A model generated the notes under the pieces. That model did not search any database. It saw only the letters and a list, made by a program, of their open reading frames with translations, and was not told the origin of the DNA. 64,000 nucleotides of DNA from an uncultured Eubacteriales bacterium (GTDB lineage: Bacteria; Bacillota; Clostridia; Christensenellales; CAG-138). The stretch lies in contig UREK01000001.1 of assembly GCA_900546845.1 (NCBI GenBank), positions 42,804 through 106,803 on the forward strand, read 5' to 3'. This document shows positions 62,691-64,000 of this stretch, in pieces. How positions within the stretch are numbered: the stretch's first letter is position 1; every line of letters begins with the position of its first letter. The position numbers were made by a program, and so were the translations under genes.

Positions 62691-62867
62691 ATGCTGAAGT
62701 TCATTTCAGATAACCTTGCTACCATCCTGGTGGGGCTTGCCGTGGCGGCGCTCCTCGCCCTCTCGCTTTGGGCCATGCACCGCGACAAAAAGAAGCACGC
62801 GCACGACGGAGGCTGCGGCGGCGGTTGCTGCGGCTGCCCCTACGCGGGCAAGTGCCATGGAAAATAA
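62691..62867 (+). CDS. FeoB-associated Cys-rich membrane protein (58 aa; not in the ORF track)
   Basis: AAAGGAGG lies 8 nt before ATG 62691. Hand translation gives MLKFISDNLATILVGLAVAALLALSLWAMHRDKKKHAHDGGCGGGCCGCPYAGKCHGK. Confidence 0.8.
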   Translation: MLKFISDNLATILVGLAVAALLALSLWAMHRDKKKHAHDGGCGGGCCGCPYAGKCHGK

Positions 62868-62904
62868 ACGTTCTTAAGATTCGGAAATAAAGCACACACC
62901 ACTG

Positions 62905-62935
62905 AAAAAGCCGGAGCGGAAGCCCCGGCTTTTTC
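62905..62935. terminator. bidirectional terminator after the feo operon
   Basis: AAAAAGCCGG-(10 nt)-CCGGCTTTTT. Confidence 0.8.
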
Positions 62936-62959
62936 GGTGGAACAAACGAGATGCGTCCG

Positions 62960-63523
62960 TTATGCCTTGCGGAACAGGTAAAACGCAGGGGAGCGGTTCA
63001 GGCAGTCTTCAACGACGACGTCGATATCGCAGTAGATGTTCTCCCCATCCACGAACACCATGCCTCTGCGGCCCTCGCGGTCAAAGCTGTCGGGTTTGAG
63101 GTTCGGATCCAGGACGCGCACGGTGCGCTGCCGCGCCTCCGCGAGGACGATGTAATGCCCGCTCGTGGTGAACAGGCCGATGTGCCCTTCCCGGTCGCCG
63201 CCCGGGTTGGCGATGACCATGCCGCGGTTGTTGTTGAGGAACTCCAGCACCTTTTCCTTGTCGTCCGTCGCTTCAAAGGCAAGGCCAAAGCGTTCGCAGA
63301 GTGGGGGCGCGAGCTTTTCCATATCGGTGCCAAAATTATCCCGCCCGCCGACCGAGAGGGAAAACTTCGCGCATTCCTCCACGGAAAGCTTATGCTCGGT
63401 CATGTTTTCCACGACCATGCAGGCGGAGCATACGCCGCAGCCGCTGCTCTTGATGTTGGATTGCGGGCGGGCTTCGGAGGGATAAGGGACGTGGGCGTAA
63501 TCGTTTTGGTTGTAGTAGATCAT
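62960..63523 (-). CDS. putative papain-like cysteine peptidase (C39-like fold)
   Basis: AAGGAG lies 6 nt before ATG 63523 (the ORF-track ORF extends further upstream without support). YYNQNDY...SGCGVCSACMV (candidate Gln/Cys) and GHYIVL (candidate His) are arranged as in Peptidase_C39_2/YvpB-like proteins. Confidence 0.5.
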   Translation of the reverse strand: MIYYNQNDYAHVPYPSEARPQSNIKSSGCGVCSACMVVENMTEHKLSVEECAKFSLSVGGRDNFGTDMEKLAPPLCERFGLAFEATDDKEKVLEFLNNNRGMVIANPGGDREGHIGLFTTSGHYIVLAEARQRTVRVLDPNLKPDSFDREGRRGMVFVDGENIYCDIDVVVEDCLNRSPAFYLFRKA

Positions 63524-63649
63524 GCGGTTCTCCTTTGCACAACAGGATTCGACAACAGTATAGCGCAGCACAGGGCGTGCCGCAAGGCTTTGCCGGCGCC
63601 CAAAAAGGTGATATACTGAAAAACATTCCAGGAGCAAAGGAGAAGACGC

Positions 63650-64000
63650 ATGACACGCGATTTTGTGGAGAAGTATTACCTTGAAGGCGATTATAACTGC
63701 GCGGAAGCGCTGCTGCTTGCCGCAAACGAGGCGTATGGCCTCGGCCTCCCGGAGGGCGCGCACCGGCTTGTGAGCGCCTTTGGCGCGGGCATGGGCTGTG
63801 CGCGCGCATGCGGCGCGGTCTGCGGTGCGCTCGCGGTGCTTGGCTGTTTGCGCGCAGACGGCAGAGCGCATGCCACGGAAGGGTTCAAGGAGCTTTCCGC
63901 GGGCTTTGTGCAGGCGGTGGAAGCCGAATGCGGCAGCATCGAATGCAGTGCGCTGATGGCCCGTTACCGCACGGAGGAGCAGCGCTGCCTCGGCACGGTG
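63650..64000 (+). CDS. C_GCAxxG_C_C-family putative redox-active protein, 3'-truncated by the window end
   Basis: AAAGGAGAAG upstream of ATG 63650. Hand translation gives MTRDFVEKYYLEGDYNCAEALLLAANEAYGL...AFGAGMGCARACGAVCGAL...CSALM...RCLGTV, containing the C-(x)-GCAxxCGAxxG pattern. Confidence 0.7.
   Translation, partial: MTRDFVEKYYLEGDYNCAEALLLAANEAYGLGLPEGAHRLVSAFGAGMGCARACGAVCGALAVLGCLRADGRAHATEGFKELSAGFVQAVEAECGSIECSALMARYRTEEQRCLGTV

Overview
The window has two compositional parts. Bases 1 to about 7950 are AT-rich by eye (not computed) and look like the right end of an acquired, partly decaying accessory island. It carries GNAT acetyltransferases, a NUDIX hydrolase, a TetR plus MacB/FtsX-type ABC exporter, a sortase-anchored protein, a TAG-interrupted KTR gene, a GNAT gene with a frameshifting 37-bp tandem duplication, and an uncharacterised LYHGT protein. 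From about 8150 onward the DNA is GC-rich chromosome of a Firmicutes/Clostridia-type organism; an Oscillospiraceae-like origin is inferred from the darA-holB-ricT synteny, PQTG sortase signals and clostridial ferredoxin. This part is dominated by transport and regulation:
- a cobalamin-riboswitch-controlled BtuFCD-like importer
- an XRE-cupin regulator followed by potABCD
- an M55 peptidase and a KdpDE-like two-component system divergent from an Opp-type peptide importer with a fused double ATPase and an amidohydrolase
- TetR/ABC-2, amino-acid ABC and PiT transporters, four MATE exporters (one behind a classic MerR-type promoter) and malic enzyme
- a large beta-helix surface protein
- the housekeeping block decarboxylase-HAD-darA-holB-ricT
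- a feoA-feoA-feoB locus

I found no rRNA, tRNA, CRISPR array, transposase, integrase or recognisable defence or toxin-antitoxin genes, and no clear multi-gene novel system. The most interesting observations are:
1. An 18-bp palindrome, RGTTAG-N6-CTAACY, occurs at least five times. It links the feo operon, an HMA/Cys-rich membrane fusion gene and a truncated DUF3793 gene into one putative metal regulon with no regulator gene in view.
2. A DUF134 domain and a NifX-like domain are fused in frame, with a retained internal SD/ATG and a His/Cys-rich tail.
3. A 37-bp tandem duplication rewires the 5' end of a GNAT gene.
4. A MITE/REP-like repeat family with about 16-bp terminal inverted repeats occurs at two loci.
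5. An island-edge protein has an H-G-T ... G-K-x-V-V-Y-F-T-E pattern reminiscent of NAD-binding ADP-ribosyltransferases.

Two genes shorter than 60 codons, missing from the ORF track, were found by hand: a 2x[4Fe-4S] ferredoxin and a FeoB-associated Cys-rich peptide. The many very long antisense ORFs in the GC-rich part are judged codon-bias artefacts.
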